In this document: positions 50,376 through 60,677 of the stretch, piece by piece
Position numbering within the stretch: the first letter of the stretch is position 1
How the letters are laid out: each line of letters begins with the position of its first letter
DNA from: an uncultured Verrucomicrobiae bacterium
GTDB taxonomy: Bacteria; Verrucomicrobiota; Verrucomicrobiia; Chthoniobacterales; Chthoniobacteraceae
Reading direction: 5' to 3'
Assembly (NCBI GenBank): GCA_963769025.1
Contig: CAVYKI010000006.1
Location: 160,001 to 224,000, forward strand
DNA length: 64,000 nt
The notes under the pieces: generated by a model
What the model was told of the DNA's origin: nothing
Databases searched by the model: none
What the model saw: the letters and a program-made list of their open reading frames with translations, nothing else
Translations under genes and position numbers: made by a program

Positions 50376-51263
50376 TCATACAATCCACCCTTTCCTGCGG
50401 AGCGTCTCGAAGAACAGGCGTTCGAAGGGTTCGGCGGCATTCATGCAAAGGCAGCGGCCGGAGCGCTGCTGGCAGAGCGTGGTGAGCTGCTCCTCGCGGG
50501 CGGCGCGGTATTCCTGATAGAGGGAGAGAAGGTCGCGGACGTTGCTGATGTCGAGCGTCGCGCCGGTCTCGCTGTCCACGAGCCGGAAGTCGTCGGTCAT
50601 CGCGGGCGCGAACTCGGCCGGGCCGAGGATTTGCAGCGCCCACGGTTCGAGGCCGGCATTGTGCAGGAGGCTGATCGCGCGCTTGAGATCGCCGGGCGTG
50701 AGAAAATCCGAGAGCACGGCTGCGACGCCGCGCCCGCGGTGCAGGCGCAGGAAGTCCTCGATGCCCTCCTCGACCGGCTGTTCGCCGCCTCCTTCGATGC
50801 CCTCGATGAAGGCGAGCATCTTCCGCACGCTCGCGCGTCCGCTGCATGGCGGGAGGTGCCGGCCGCTCGCGCCGCCGAGCGCATACACGCTCACCTTTTC
50901 CGAGCCGCGCAGGGCGATGACGCCGAACGCGGCGGCGATGCGACGCGCGAGCAGGAGTTTTTCCTCGAACGTCATCGACGTGGATGCATCCACGAGCAGC
51001 GCGATGTGCATCTCCTCCTCCTGGTGATACTGCTTCAGGTAGGGCCGGTTGATGCGCGCGAAGATGTTCCAGTCCACGAAGCGCACGTCGTCGCCAGGCG
51101 AGTAGTCGCGGAAGTCGCAGAACTCCGTGCTCGCGCCGCCCTTCGACGCGAGATGCTCGCCGCGTGCGCGGTTCGTGAATCGGCGCGATGCGTTCAGCCG
51201 CAGGCGCGTGAGGCGATCCAGATCGCGGTTGCTGAGCAGCGTGGAGATTTGCGCGGCAGGCAT
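50376..51263 (-). CDS. DUF58 domain protein (MoxR-associated, VWA-like)
   Basis: GEH.ASKGG.S.EF.DFRDYSPGDD.RFVDWN..AR, LVDASTSM, VLSDF and LVDSETG. Confidence 0.92.
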   Translation of the reverse strand: MPAAQISTLLSNRDLDRLTRLRLNASRRFTNRARGEHLASKGGASTEFCDFRDYSPGDDVRFVDWNIFARINRPYLKQYHQEEEMHIALLVDASTSMTFEEKLLLARRIAAAFGVIALRGSEKVSVYALGGASGRHLPPCSGRASVRKMLAFIEGIEGGGEQPVEEGIEDFLRLHRGRGVAAVLSDFLTPGDLKRAISLLHNAGLEPWALQILGPAEFAPAMTDDFRLVDSETGATLDISNVRDLLSLYQEYRAAREEQLTTLCQQRSGRCLCMNAAEPFERLFFETLRRKGWIV

Positions 51264-51366
51264 GGCTGGCGGTGTGCATACGCGGATGCGCGCCTCCGGG
51301 CAATGGCGTTGAGCGCTGCCGGGGAATTCGTTTGCCGCCGTTGCGCGCGCCGCTAGCCTCGCAGCC

Positions 51367-51820
51367 ATGAGTTTGCTTGGTCAGATTGATTCGGACATCA
51401 AGGACGCGATGCGGGCGCGCGCCGCCGATCGGCTCGGCGTGCTGCGGATGCTCAAGAGCACGCTGAAGGCGACCGCCATGGAGAAGGGAATCGCCGACGA
51501 GGCGCTGGATGACGCGACTGCGCTCAGCGTCCTGCGCAAGGAGATGAAGAAGCGCCAGGATTCCATCGAGAGCTTCGAAAAGGGCGGACGGCTCGACCTT
51601 TCGGAGAAGGAAAAGGCCGAGGCGGAAATCCTCGCGGCCTACCTTCCGAAGCCGCTCACCGCGGAGGAAATCGAGGCGATCGTGAAGGCCGCAATCGCCG
51701 AGGCGGGTGCGACTTCGAAGGCGCAGATGGGCGCCGTGATGAAGCTCGCGACCGAGCGCGCCGCCGGGCCGTGCGGACGGGCGCGCGTTGAGTGCAGTCG
51801 TCGGAAAGCTGCTTCCGTAG
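51367..51820 (+). CDS. GatB/YqeY domain protein (frameshift near 51770)
   Basis: DIKDAMRA, KKRQDSIE.FEKGGR.DL..KE.AE..IL..YLP and MGAVMK. Confidence 0.92.
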
Positions 51821-51841
51821 CGCCGCACCTATTTACGCAGG

Positions 51842-52540
51842 ATGAACTCAGCAATCATCGTCGCGGCCGGAGCGAGCCGGCGCATGGGATTCGACAAAAT
51901 CTTCGCGCCACTGCTCGGGAAACCGGTCCTTTACTGGTCGATCGCGGCGTTTCAGGAATGCCCGGACATCGACGAAATCGTCGTCGTCACGCGCAGCGAG
52001 AAGGTGGCGGACGTGAAGAAGTTGGTCGCTGCGGAAAAGCTGACGAAGGTGACTGCCGTGGTGGAGGGCGGGACGGAGCGGCATCTTTCCGTCTGGAACG
52101 GACTGCGCGCGATTTCCGCGGAGGGAAGCCAGAACGTCGCGATCCACGATGCGGCCAGGCCGCTCATCACGCCGAAGCTCATCAGCGCCTGCATCGCCCT
52201 GGCGCGAAAGAACGGCGCCGCATGCTGCGCGTCGCCGATTCCCGACACGGTGAAGCGCGCCTCGTACGAGATGCTCGTCACGGACGACGTCGAGCGCCGC
52301 AACCTCTGGGCGATGCAGACGCCGCAGGTCTTCAGCAGCCCGCTGATCATGCAGGCGTACGCATCGGTCATGGCGCGCAATGAACTGGTGACCGATGAGG
52401 TCTCCGCCATCCAGAAGATCGGCAAGCGCGTGGCGTTGCTGGAGAACGACGACTACAACTTCAAGATCACCTTCCCGCGGGACCTGCCGCTCGCCGAGCA
52501 GGTCATCGACATCCGGTACGGTCGCGAGAAGCGGCGCTGA
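51842..52540 (+). CDS. ispD: 2-C-methyl-D-erythritol 4-phosphate cytidylyltransferase
   Basis: AAGASRRMGFDK, GGTERH.SV, IHDAARP, DTVK, QTPQVF, TDE and NFKIT..DL. Confidence 0.93.
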   Translation: MNSAIIVAAGASRRMGFDKIFAPLLGKPVLYWSIAAFQECPDIDEIVVVTRSEKVADVKKLVAAEKLTKVTAVVEGGTERHLSVWNGLRAISAEGSQNVAIHDAARPLITPKLISACIALARKNGAACCASPIPDTVKRASYEMLVTDDVERRNLWAMQTPQVFSSPLIMQAYASVMARNELVTDEVSAIQKIGKRVALLENDDYNFKITFPRDLPLAEQVIDIRYGREKRR

Positions 52541-52696
52541 GGACGGGCGGGAGCGGATGGGAGATCCGGAATAATCCAGGCGAGGTGGCATCGTCCGCCG
52601 GGCCCTGCATTTTTTCGATAAGATGAGGTGCCTTGCGCTCTTAAGGAATGTGCGCATGTTCACCACCCTCGAAATCGCCCGCGCAACACGAAACTG

Positions 52697-53964
52697 ATGA
52701 GTCACACCTACAATGTCACGCGGCTGCCCAATGGCGCACGCATCGCCTCCGTGGAAATGCCGCACATGCGCAGTGCGACCGTGGGAGTGTGGGCCGGGGT
52801 CGGCGGGAGGCATGAGCGTGTGTGCGAGGGCGGCATTTCGCATTTCATCGAGCATCTGCTTTTCAAGGGGACCAAGCGGCGCAACCCGCGGCAGATCACC
52901 GCGGCGGTCGAGGGCGTGGGCGGGTACCTGAACGCGTTCACCACGGAGGATCACACCTGCTACTACGCGAAGGCCGGGGCGCCGCACTTTGAGCGCTGTG
53001 CGATGTGCTCATGGACATGTATATGGATTCCCTTTTTGCGAAGGCGGAGATCGATCGCGAGCGCGAGGTCATCCGCGAGGAGATCCTGATGTATCGCGAC
53101 CAGCCCGCGCAGCATGCCCAGGAGCTGCTGACCTCGACGCTGTGGCCGCGGCATCCGCTCGGGCGGCCGCTGACGGGCACCGTCGATACGGTTTCGCGCC
53201 TCGGGCGGCGGGAGATTACCGAGTTTCACCGGCGCAACTACAATGGCGCGAGCACCGTCGTCACGGTGGCCGGGCGCGTTCCGCATGCGGAAGTCGTGGC
53301 GGTGCTCGGCCCGGCGCTCGGACGGCTGCCGGCGGGCCGCCGCGCGCGCTTCCAGCGTTCGCCGATCCATCCGGGACGTCCTTCCGTGAATTTGCATACG
53401 CACGAGACGGAGCAGACGCACCTCGCGATGGGCTTCCACACGTGGGGACGGAGCGACGAGCGGCGCTTCGCGCTGAAGATTCTCAGCGTGATCCTCGGCG
53501 AGAACATGAGCTCGCGGCTTTTCCAGAAACTGCGCGAGCGCCACGCGTTCTGCTATTCGGTGTCGAGCGGGATGGTGACGCTGGCGGACACCGGCGCGCT
53601 GCACATCAGCGCGGGGCTCGATCCTTCGAAGCTCGAGCCGGCGCTGCGCATGATCCTCCGTGAGTTCGCGGCGATCGCGAAGCGCGGGCCGACGCGCGCG
53701 GAGTTGAAAATGGCGCAGGACTACACCATCGGCCAGACGCTGATGGGACTGGAGAGCACGACGAATCAGATTTTGTGGATGGGCGAGAGCCTGCTCGGCT
53801 ACGGACGCGTGCTGTGCCCGGTGGAAATCGAGCGGCGTATCATGGGCGTGACATGCGCGGAAGTGCAGGCCGTCGCCGCCGAGTGCCTGAAGCTCGGACG
53901 GCTCGGCATCGCGGTCGTGGGGCCGCTCAAGGACGCCGGGAAGATCGAGAGCTGGCTGGGTTGA
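52697..53964 (+). CDS. M16 (pitrilysin-like) zinc peptidase (frameshift near 52995)
   Basis: SHFIEHLLFKGT (HxxEH), NAFT, EREVIREE, HPLGRP and SSRLFQKLRE. Confidence 0.92.
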
Positions 53965-54045
53965 TCGCACGGACGGGTGTCCGGCGAGCGAGGTTCGGCC
54001 AAGAGCGGACCTGTGAAGGAGGGCAGCGGGGGATTGTATTCCATC

Positions 54046-56362
54046 ATGCTCCCCCGCATCGCGCTGACGATTTCCGTCCTGCTGGCCAACCATATTGGGC
54101 TCCGCGGAGAGCCGCTTCCTGGCACGCAGCCGCTGATGGCGGAAGGAGATCTCTCAGCGAAGATGGTCGCGGGAATACACAGATGGCTCGAGCGCGAAAC
54201 GGCGCGTGTTGATTCGCAGCGAGCAGAATTTTGGCGAAAGGACGCGGCGAGTCCCGCGGCGTGGAATCAGGCGGTCGGCGGCAGGAGAACCGAACTCGCC
54301 CGGATGATCGGTGCGGTGGACGCGAGGCAGTCCGGCGCGATCACCGTCCAGCAGGATCCCGGCGAAGCATCGCCACCGTCGGCGGACGGTTCGTATTCCG
54401 TGCGGAAGGCGATCTGGCCGGTTTTCGAAAACGTGTATGGCGAGGGTTTGATTTTGCAACCGAAGGGAGTGGCAAAGGCCGCGGTCATCGCATTGCCCGA
54501 CGCGGATCAGACGCCGGAGCAGCTTGCCGGAATTCGCCCCGGTGTGGCGCCCGAATTGCAATTTGCACGCCGGCTTGCGGAAGAGGGATTTCTCGTGGTC
54601 GTGCCCGTGCTGGTGGACCGCCGGGACGACTGGTCCGGGAGCGAGAAGCTGAAGCGTTTTACGAATGCGCCCCACCGGGAATGGATTCACCGGCAGTGCT
54701 TCGAGTCCGGCCGCACGCTCATCGGGTTCGAGGTGCAGAAGGTTCTCGCCGCTGTGGATGCGCTGAAAGGGCCGTCGGCGAAGCTCCTCGCGGGCGACGC
54801 GAAGATCGGCGTGATCGGTCACGGCGAAGGCGGGCTGATCGCCATGCACGCTGCCGCACTCGACGAACGCCTCGATGCGGCATTCGTGGACGGCTACTTT
54901 GGAGCAGGGGAGAGCGATGATGTGATATACCGGGGCGTCGTCGGCAGGCGGCTGAGGTTTTCCGATGCGGGCGTGGCGGCGCTGATTTCGCCGCGACCGT
55001 TTGGAGTTTCGTTCCGGAGTGAGCCGCAAATCCCCGAGCCGCCGGCGGTGAAAAATGGCCGGAAAGGTGCGGCGCCGGGCGCGCTTGCCCCGCTCAAGCC
55101 CGGGGCCGTGGACAGGGCGCTGGGCGAGGCGGACAGCTATTGGCAATTGGCGGGCGCTGCGTCCGTGGAAGTGTGTGCCGTTGCACAGAAAGACGGACGG
55201 GCAGGGAGGACTCCCGAGGCTTTTATGACGGCTGCGCTCGGCCTTCAACCCGCTGCGGTGAGGCTGAAGGGAGTCGTGCAGCTTGGCGACAATGCCTCCG
55301 CCGTGGACGAGCGCCAGCGGCGGACCGTGAAGGAACTGGAGGAGTTTTCGCAGCGCATTTTCCGCGAGAGCGAGGCGGTGCGGAAGGCTACGCCGCTGTG
55401 GACAAAGCTGAAGCCGGGTGCGGAATGGAACGTCGTGCAGCGGGAGGCGCGGGCGGATTTTTGGGAGAATGTGATCGGCAAACTGCCGGGGGAATATTTG
55501 AAAGCGAACCCCCGGACGCGGCTGATCCACGACAAGGCGAAGTGGCGCGGCTACGAGGTGATGCTCGACGTGCAGCCGGACATTTTTGCGATGGGGTGTG
55601 CTGCTGGTGCCGAAGGATCTCAAGCCGGGCGAACGCCGCCCCGTGGTGGTCTGCCAGCACGGGCTGGAGGGATTGCCGGAAGACACAATCACGCAGGACA
55701 AATCCGCGCGTGCATGGAACTACTACAAGGGTTTCGCGGCGCTGCTCTGCGAGCGGGGGTTCGTCGTGTATTCGCCGCACAATCCGTATCGGGGCGGCGA
55801 CGCATTCCGGCGGATCCAGCGCGAGGCAAATCCGCTCGGGCTGTCGCTGTTTTCATTCATCATCGCGCAGCACGATGTGACGACGCAGTGGCTCGCGTCG
55901 CTGCCGTTCGTGGATCCGGAACGGATCGCATTCTACGGCCTGAGCTACGGCGGAAAGACGGCGATGCGCGTGCCCGCGGCGCTGGAGCGGTATTGCCTCT
56001 CGATTTGCTCCGGCGATTTCAACGAGTGGGTGCTGAAGTGCGTCTCGAACACGCATCCCGCGAGCTACATTTTCACCGGCGAATGGGAGATCTGGGAGTG
56101 GGACCTCGCGCACACGTTCAACTACGCGGAGATGGCGCTGCTCATCGCGCCGCGGCCGTTCATGGTCGAGCGCGGGCACGACGATGGCGTGGGGCTCGAC
56201 GAGCACGTCGGCTACGAGTTTGCGAAGGTGCGGCGAGGCTACGACAAGCTCGGCATCGGCGAGCGCACGGAGATCGAGTGGTTCGACGGTCCGCACACGA
56301 TCAATGGCGTGGGGACTTTCAAGTTCCTCCACAAGTGGCTCCGGTGGCCGGAGCCGAAGTGA
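54046..56362 (+). CDS. Exported tandem alpha/beta-hydrolase (dienelactone hydrolase-like; frameshift near 55590)
   Basis: N-domain IGVIGHGEGG..AALDER. C-domain VVCQHGLEG, FYGLSYGG, LIAPRPF.VE, DDGV and GPH. Confidence 0.82.
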
Positions 56363-56402
56363 CGGGCGCGAGTGCGTGCGCGGAAAGGCGCGCGCAGGGA
56401 TT

Positions 56403-57317
56403 TCAGGCCCCGCGCTTCAGCCAACGCTTTCCATGGCGTTCCAATCCCTCCACGTCCTCTTTTCGCAGGAAGGCGAAGTAGGTCATCATCATCGCGAGGC
56501 AGAACAGTTCGAGGTCCCATGCGAACACGGAGATGCCCACATGCAGGGCCGTCCCCAAGAGCACTCCCCACCAGCGGGTTTTTTTGACCCACAGGAGGAC
56601 GGGTATCGCTGCCTCCGAGATTTGGATTCCATAGGTTCCCAAAGCCATGAGGCTCCCGTATTCCAGCACCCACGTGCCGGGCCAGCGCGCGTGGTGGGAG
56701 AGCATGAAATAGCTGAGGAACTCGCCGTTTCCCCAATACGGGTCCGGATGAAGGATCCTCGCAATGACGGCCTGCCAGTAAATCACCAGCACTTGGAGAC
56801 GCATGAGGACAAGGCCATGGCGGGACACGAGTGCCGGGGCCATCGCGGCATGGCCTCGCAGAATGGCGGGCATCGTCCAGCACTTCCCCATCGGGCTCAC
56901 GAGGACGAGGAATGAAAAGCAGCGGAGTACGGCATCCCAACCGGTCAGCGGAAGCGCGCCGCGTGCGATGTAGGAGATGTGCCACATTAGCACCCATGCT
57001 GCCGCCAGCCGTGCGCCTACGCCCGCCATCAGCAGCACCAAGGCGAGCGCCGTAACGAGCATGATCGCGGTCACGGCGGGTTCGCTCCCGGCCAGTGAAA
57101 AAATGGACAGGTACACCGGATGCGCGACGGTTTTTGCAGCGCCGTGGTCCAGCATGCCGGCATCGGAGAAAAACACGTGCCGGTGCGGCCAGAGGAAGAT
57201 CAGGTTCAGCAGCGCGACGGCGGAAAAGACGATGCGCACCGCGGCATAGATGCGCTCGTCCTCGCGTCGGAAAAACAAATCAGCCGGCAACCGGAGCCAG
57301 TGGGAAATCGGCGGCAT
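56403..57317 (-). CDS. HTTM domain membrane protein
   Basis: AAVRIVF, FFSDAG, RLQVLVIY, W.NG, E...P.LLW..KTR, LHVGI and LFCLAM, with multiple TMs. Confidence 0.82.
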   Translation of the reverse strand: MPPISHWLRLPADLFFRREDERIYAAVRIVFSAVALLNLIFLWPHRHVFFSDAGMLDHGAAKTVAHPVYLSIFSLAGSEPAVTAIMLVTALALVLLMAGVGARLAAAWVLMWHISYIARGALPLTGWDAVLRCFSFLVLVSPMGKCWTMPAILRGHAAMAPALVSRHGLVLMRLQVLVIYWQAVIARILHPDPYWGNGEFLSYFMLSHHARWPGTWVLEYGSLMALGTYGIQISEAAIPVLLWVKKTRWWGVLLGTALHVGISVFAWDLELFCLAMMMTYFAFLRKEDVEGLERHGKRWLKRGA

Positions 57318-57325
57318 TCGTTCGG

Positions 57326-57922
57326 CTATGGGGAACCGTCGCCCGGGATGGCGAGCGGAAACACCTTTGTGACCGGCATCGAGAGTTGTCCATCACGTCG
57401 GATGTGGAACAGATTCCTGGTGAAAGCGGTGTCGGCGACGAGCGACCATTTCTCGCCGGCTGCGGCGACGCCTCGCGTGGCGCGCAGGAGTTGTGCGACC
57501 TTCTCCAAATACGCGTCGCGAAACGGGACCTTGTTGTCGAAAAACATCAGGCGATAGAGGAGCACGTAGAAGCGTGAATCTTCAGGTGCCGGGTATGGCG
57601 TGAAACCTGGCAGCACAGGGCCGGCGGTGATTTTGTGTCCGGCTGCATCCTCGCCCTCCAAGCGCACGTCCATCGAATGCAATACGGGAATCGTTTCGAA
57701 CATGTTCCACCGTTGGTGTCCGCATAACGCCAGCCGGTAAAGGTCCAGTGCCGGGCTGCCGGGAGCTTCCTGCGCTGGCGGACCCGGGATGATGGAGACG
57801 AGAAGAAACCCCGCATGCCAGCAGCAGAAGGCGAGGAGCGCACCGGCCAGCAATCGGTGCTTCGCCGGGACACCGCCAGCCTCTCTGACATCCCCAGGGT
57901 CGCCCCGCTTCACTGACACCAT
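57326..57922 (-). CDS. HTTM-associated single-TM protein (QxWxMF motif, DUF5819/SdpA-like)
   Basis: TM ending in a His, then HQRWNMFE. Lies 8 nt upstream of the HTTM gene. Confidence 0.6.
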   Translation of the reverse strand: MVSVKRGDPGDVREAGGVPAKHRLLAGALLAFCCWHAGFLLVSIIPGPPAQEAPGSPALDLYRLALCGHQRWNMFETIPVLHSMDVRLEGEDAAGHKITAGPVLPGFTPYPAPEDSRFYVLLYRLMFFDNKVPFRDAYLEKVAQLLRATRGVAAAGEKWSLVADTAFTRNLFHIRRDGQLSMPVTKVFPLAIPGDGSP

Positions 57923-58202
57923 GGCTGCTCCTCCGATCGCCCGCTCGGATTCCCGCGCGCCGTGCCGCGCGATGCCAGGCTCCGTTCAACAGATTTTCGG
58001 GCGTAATCTTCGCTCGCGGAAAGGGGCATGCGCTTGGTTGATTGGTCGCGAGGATGTCTGCGCGCTCCGGTTTGGCCAAGCAATTTGCCGCGCTGGCGTG
58101 GAAAGCGGAACCGATATGCAGCACCGACGCAGCCCGCGTTGCCGCAGCGGAACGCACTGGTGGCAGGAGTCCAATCGAAACCCTGAATCGCAGCGCGTCC
58201 GC

Positions 58203-59261
58203 TCAGACTTTCAGCAGCTCGCGCTGCCAGGGGAGCAGACGCGGGAGCGTCTCCTCGAGCTTGAACGCCAGCCCTTCGAGCATCGCCTTCGGTGCGATGA
58301 GCGACGGATCGAGCTTCACTTCCTCGGCGATCTGGTCGCGCTGCTTTTTGAGTTCGAGAAAGCGGTTGAACTGCGCCTGCGAAGGACGGTTTCGCGGGGT
58401 GCGGATGACTTTCGGCCACTGCGCCTCGTCCATCTCGAGGCCGCGCTTGGCGGCTGCGAAGAAGCGATCGGCACGGGATCCGCGGAGGTGGCGGATTTCG
58501 ACCTGCCGTCCGGCATCGAGATCGATCGCCGCATCCACGAGCTTTTCGCTGTGGAGAATGTGAAAGGTGGGCTTGTCCAGGCGCCGTGCCTCGTCGTCGC
58601 GCCAGCTCCAAAGCTCGCGGAAAATCGCAGCAGCCCTGCCGCGGAGATGGCCGCTGCCGGGGATGCGCCAGAGCTGCTCCGGGTCGATTTCCTTGTCGAT
58701 TTCCGCGGAGCGGATCGCGCGCTCGCACGACTGGCGGAACCACGGGATGCGGCCGAGTCGTTCGAGTTCCGCGTAGAGGATGTCGGCGATGGCCGCGAGG
58801 TGCCGCGTGTCGTTCACCGCGTAGTCGAGCATCTGAGGTGCGAGCGGGCGCATTGCCCAGTTCGCCTTTTGGGAGGCTTTCGCGATTTTTACGCCGAAGT
58901 ATTTCTCGACCAAGGCCGCATAGCTGAACTCGGCGACGCCGCTGAGGCGCGCGGCGAGCATGGTGTCGAAGACGCGCTTGGGCGTCGGGCAGCCCGAGCG
59001 GCGCAGCAGTCGCAAGTCGTAGTCGGCACCGTGGAAGAGCAGCTCCTTTTCCTCCCACGCGGACCACAGCGGATTGAGATCCGTCTTGGCCAGCGGATCG
59101 ATGAGCATGTCGGTGCCCGGGACGCTGATCTGGATGAGGCAGAGCTTTTCAAAATAGCAGTGCAGCGAATCGGCCTCGGTATCCACGGCGATGCGGTCGT
59201 GTGGCGCGAGCAGCGGCGTCAGTGCGGCGAGGGCTTCGGGAGTGTCGGTGAGTGGGACCAT
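58203..59261 (-). CDS. rnd: Ribonuclease D (DEDDy exonuclease + HRDC)
   Basis: AVDTEADS, LCLIQI, HGADYD, FDT, W..RPL...YAVND, and HRDC WRDDEARRLDKP. Confidence 0.93.
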   Translation of the reverse strand: MVPLTDTPEALAALTPLLAPHDRIAVDTEADSLHCYFEKLCLIQISVPGTDMLIDPLAKTDLNPLWSAWEEKELLFHGADYDLRLLRRSGCPTPKRVFDTMLAARLSGVAEFSYAALVEKYFGVKIAKASQKANWAMRPLAPQMLDYAVNDTRHLAAIADILYAELERLGRIPWFRQSCERAIRSAEIDKEIDPEQLWRIPGSGHLRGRAAAIFRELWSWRDDEARRLDKPTFHILHSEKLVDAAIDLDAGRQVEIRHLRGSRADRFFAAAKRGLEMDEAQWPKVIRTPRNRPSQAQFNRFLELKKQRDQIAEEVKLDPSLIAPKAMLEGLAFKLEETLPRLLPWQRELLKV

Positions 59262-59269
59262 GAACGTCG

Positions 59270-60613
59270 CTAGCCGCGGAGGCCGCCCATGAGCAGCTCG
59301 GCGTTGGATTTTGTGCTCTTGAGCGCGTGGAGGAGCACCTCGGTCGCCTCGGCGGGAGGGAGCGCGGCGAGCTGTTTGCGGAGGACCGCGATGCGGTCGT
59401 ATTCCTGCGGATGATAAAGCAGTTCGTCGCGGCGCGTGGCGCTCTGCAGGAGGTCGATCGCGGGGAAGATGCGCCGCTCGGCAATGTAGCGATCCAGCTT
59501 CACTTCCATGTTTCCGGTGCCCTTGTATTCCTCGAAGATGACCTCATCCATGCGGCTGTGAGTATCCACGAGCGCGGTGGCGAGGATGGTGAGGCTGCCG
59601 GCCTCCTCGGTGTTGCGCGCGCTGCCGAAGAATTTCTTCGGCTTGATGAATGCCTTGGTGTCCACGCCGCCGGACATCGTGCGGCCGCGGCCGGGCTGCG
59701 CGTTATTGTAGCCGCGCGAGAGGCGCGTGATGGAATCGAGGAAAATGAGGACGTGCTTTCCGAGTTCGACAAGACGCCGGGCGCGATCGGCGACGATCTC
59801 GGCGACCTGGATGTGGCGGGTGCTGGGCTCGTCGAAGGTGGAGCTGTAAATCTCGGCGCCATGAACGCTGCGGACGATGTCGGTCACCTCCTCGGGACGC
59901 TCGTCCACGAGGAGCAAGATGACGTGAAGGCCCGGGTTGCACTGGATGGCAGCCTGCGCGAGCTGCATCAGCAGGATCGTCTTGCCGGCGCGCGGCGGAG
60001 CGACGAGGAGACCGCGTTGGCCGCGGCCGATGGGCGCGATGAGGTCCACCGCGCGCGCGGTCAGCGAACTTCCCGAACCGTTGTCGAGGGTGACGCGTGC
60101 ATCCGGGAAGCGCGCGGTCAGTGTGTCGAAGTCCTTGGGCTCCTTCCAGTCCGCCAGGGGGATCCCTTCGATGGTGAGGAGCTCCTCTACGGTCATGTAC
60201 TTTTCGCGATGACCCGGTGGGCGGAACCGTACGGTGACAAGGTGGCCACCTTTGAGTCGGAGACGCTTGGCGAGCTGGAAGCTGAGGAAGGGATCCTGCG
60301 GACCGGGACGGAAGCTGTATCGCGGAAAGCGAACGAATCCGCAGCCGTCGCTGGTGATGAATTCAGTGATGCCCTCGGCAAATAACGTGAACCCCAGCGC
60401 GTGGTACGCGCGGAGGAGATCGTTCACGAGGTGATGGCGGCTCTTCTCCGCGTGGACGCGCATCCGCAGCAGCTCTGCGCGTTCGAGCAGCTCGCGGTGG
60501 GTGAGCGCGTGCAGTTCATCGATCCAGAGATCGCGTGGGCGCAGCTCGGCGGGCGTTTCCCGGGGCGCGGCAGGTTCGATGGGTTCGATTGCGGCCTCCG
60601 GAGTTTCTGGCAT
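59270..60613 (-). CDS. rho: Transcription termination factor Rho
   Basis: PIGRGQRG, APPRAGKT, DERPEEVTD, LDSITRL, SGGVD, FGSARN and KGTGNME. Start placed at 60613 to avoid overlap with coaE. Confidence 0.95.
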   Translation of the reverse strand: MPETPEAAIEPIEPAAPRETPAELRPRDLWIDELHALTHRELLERAELLRMRVHAEKSRHHLVNDLLRAYHALGFTLFAEGITEFITSDGCGFVRFPRYSFRPGPQDPFLSFQLAKRLRLKGGHLVTVRFRPPGHREKYMTVEELLTIEGIPLADWKEPKDFDTLTARFPDARVTLDNGSGSSLTARAVDLIAPIGRGQRGLLVAPPRAGKTILLMQLAQAAIQCNPGLHVILLLVDERPEEVTDIVRSVHGAEIYSSTFDEPSTRHIQVAEIVADRARRLVELGKHVLIFLDSITRLSRGYNNAQPGRGRTMSGGVDTKAFIKPKKFFGSARNTEEAGSLTILATALVDTHSRMDEVIFEEYKGTGNMEVKLDRYIAERRIFPAIDLLQSATRRDELLYHPQEYDRIAVLRKQLAALPPAEATEVLLHALKSTKSNAELLMGGLRG

Positions 60614-60677
60614 TGGAGTCCCCTCGGTCGCTGGCGCGGAGCCCCCGGGCGTGATCGCCAAAGTCGCGGCGTGCGGC

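Noticed and set aside
57923..58202. Possible sigma54 promoter or ncRNA in the 280-nt spacer
   Set aside because: The best GG...GC match has 11-nt spacing rather than 10, and no convincing RNA structure was seen.
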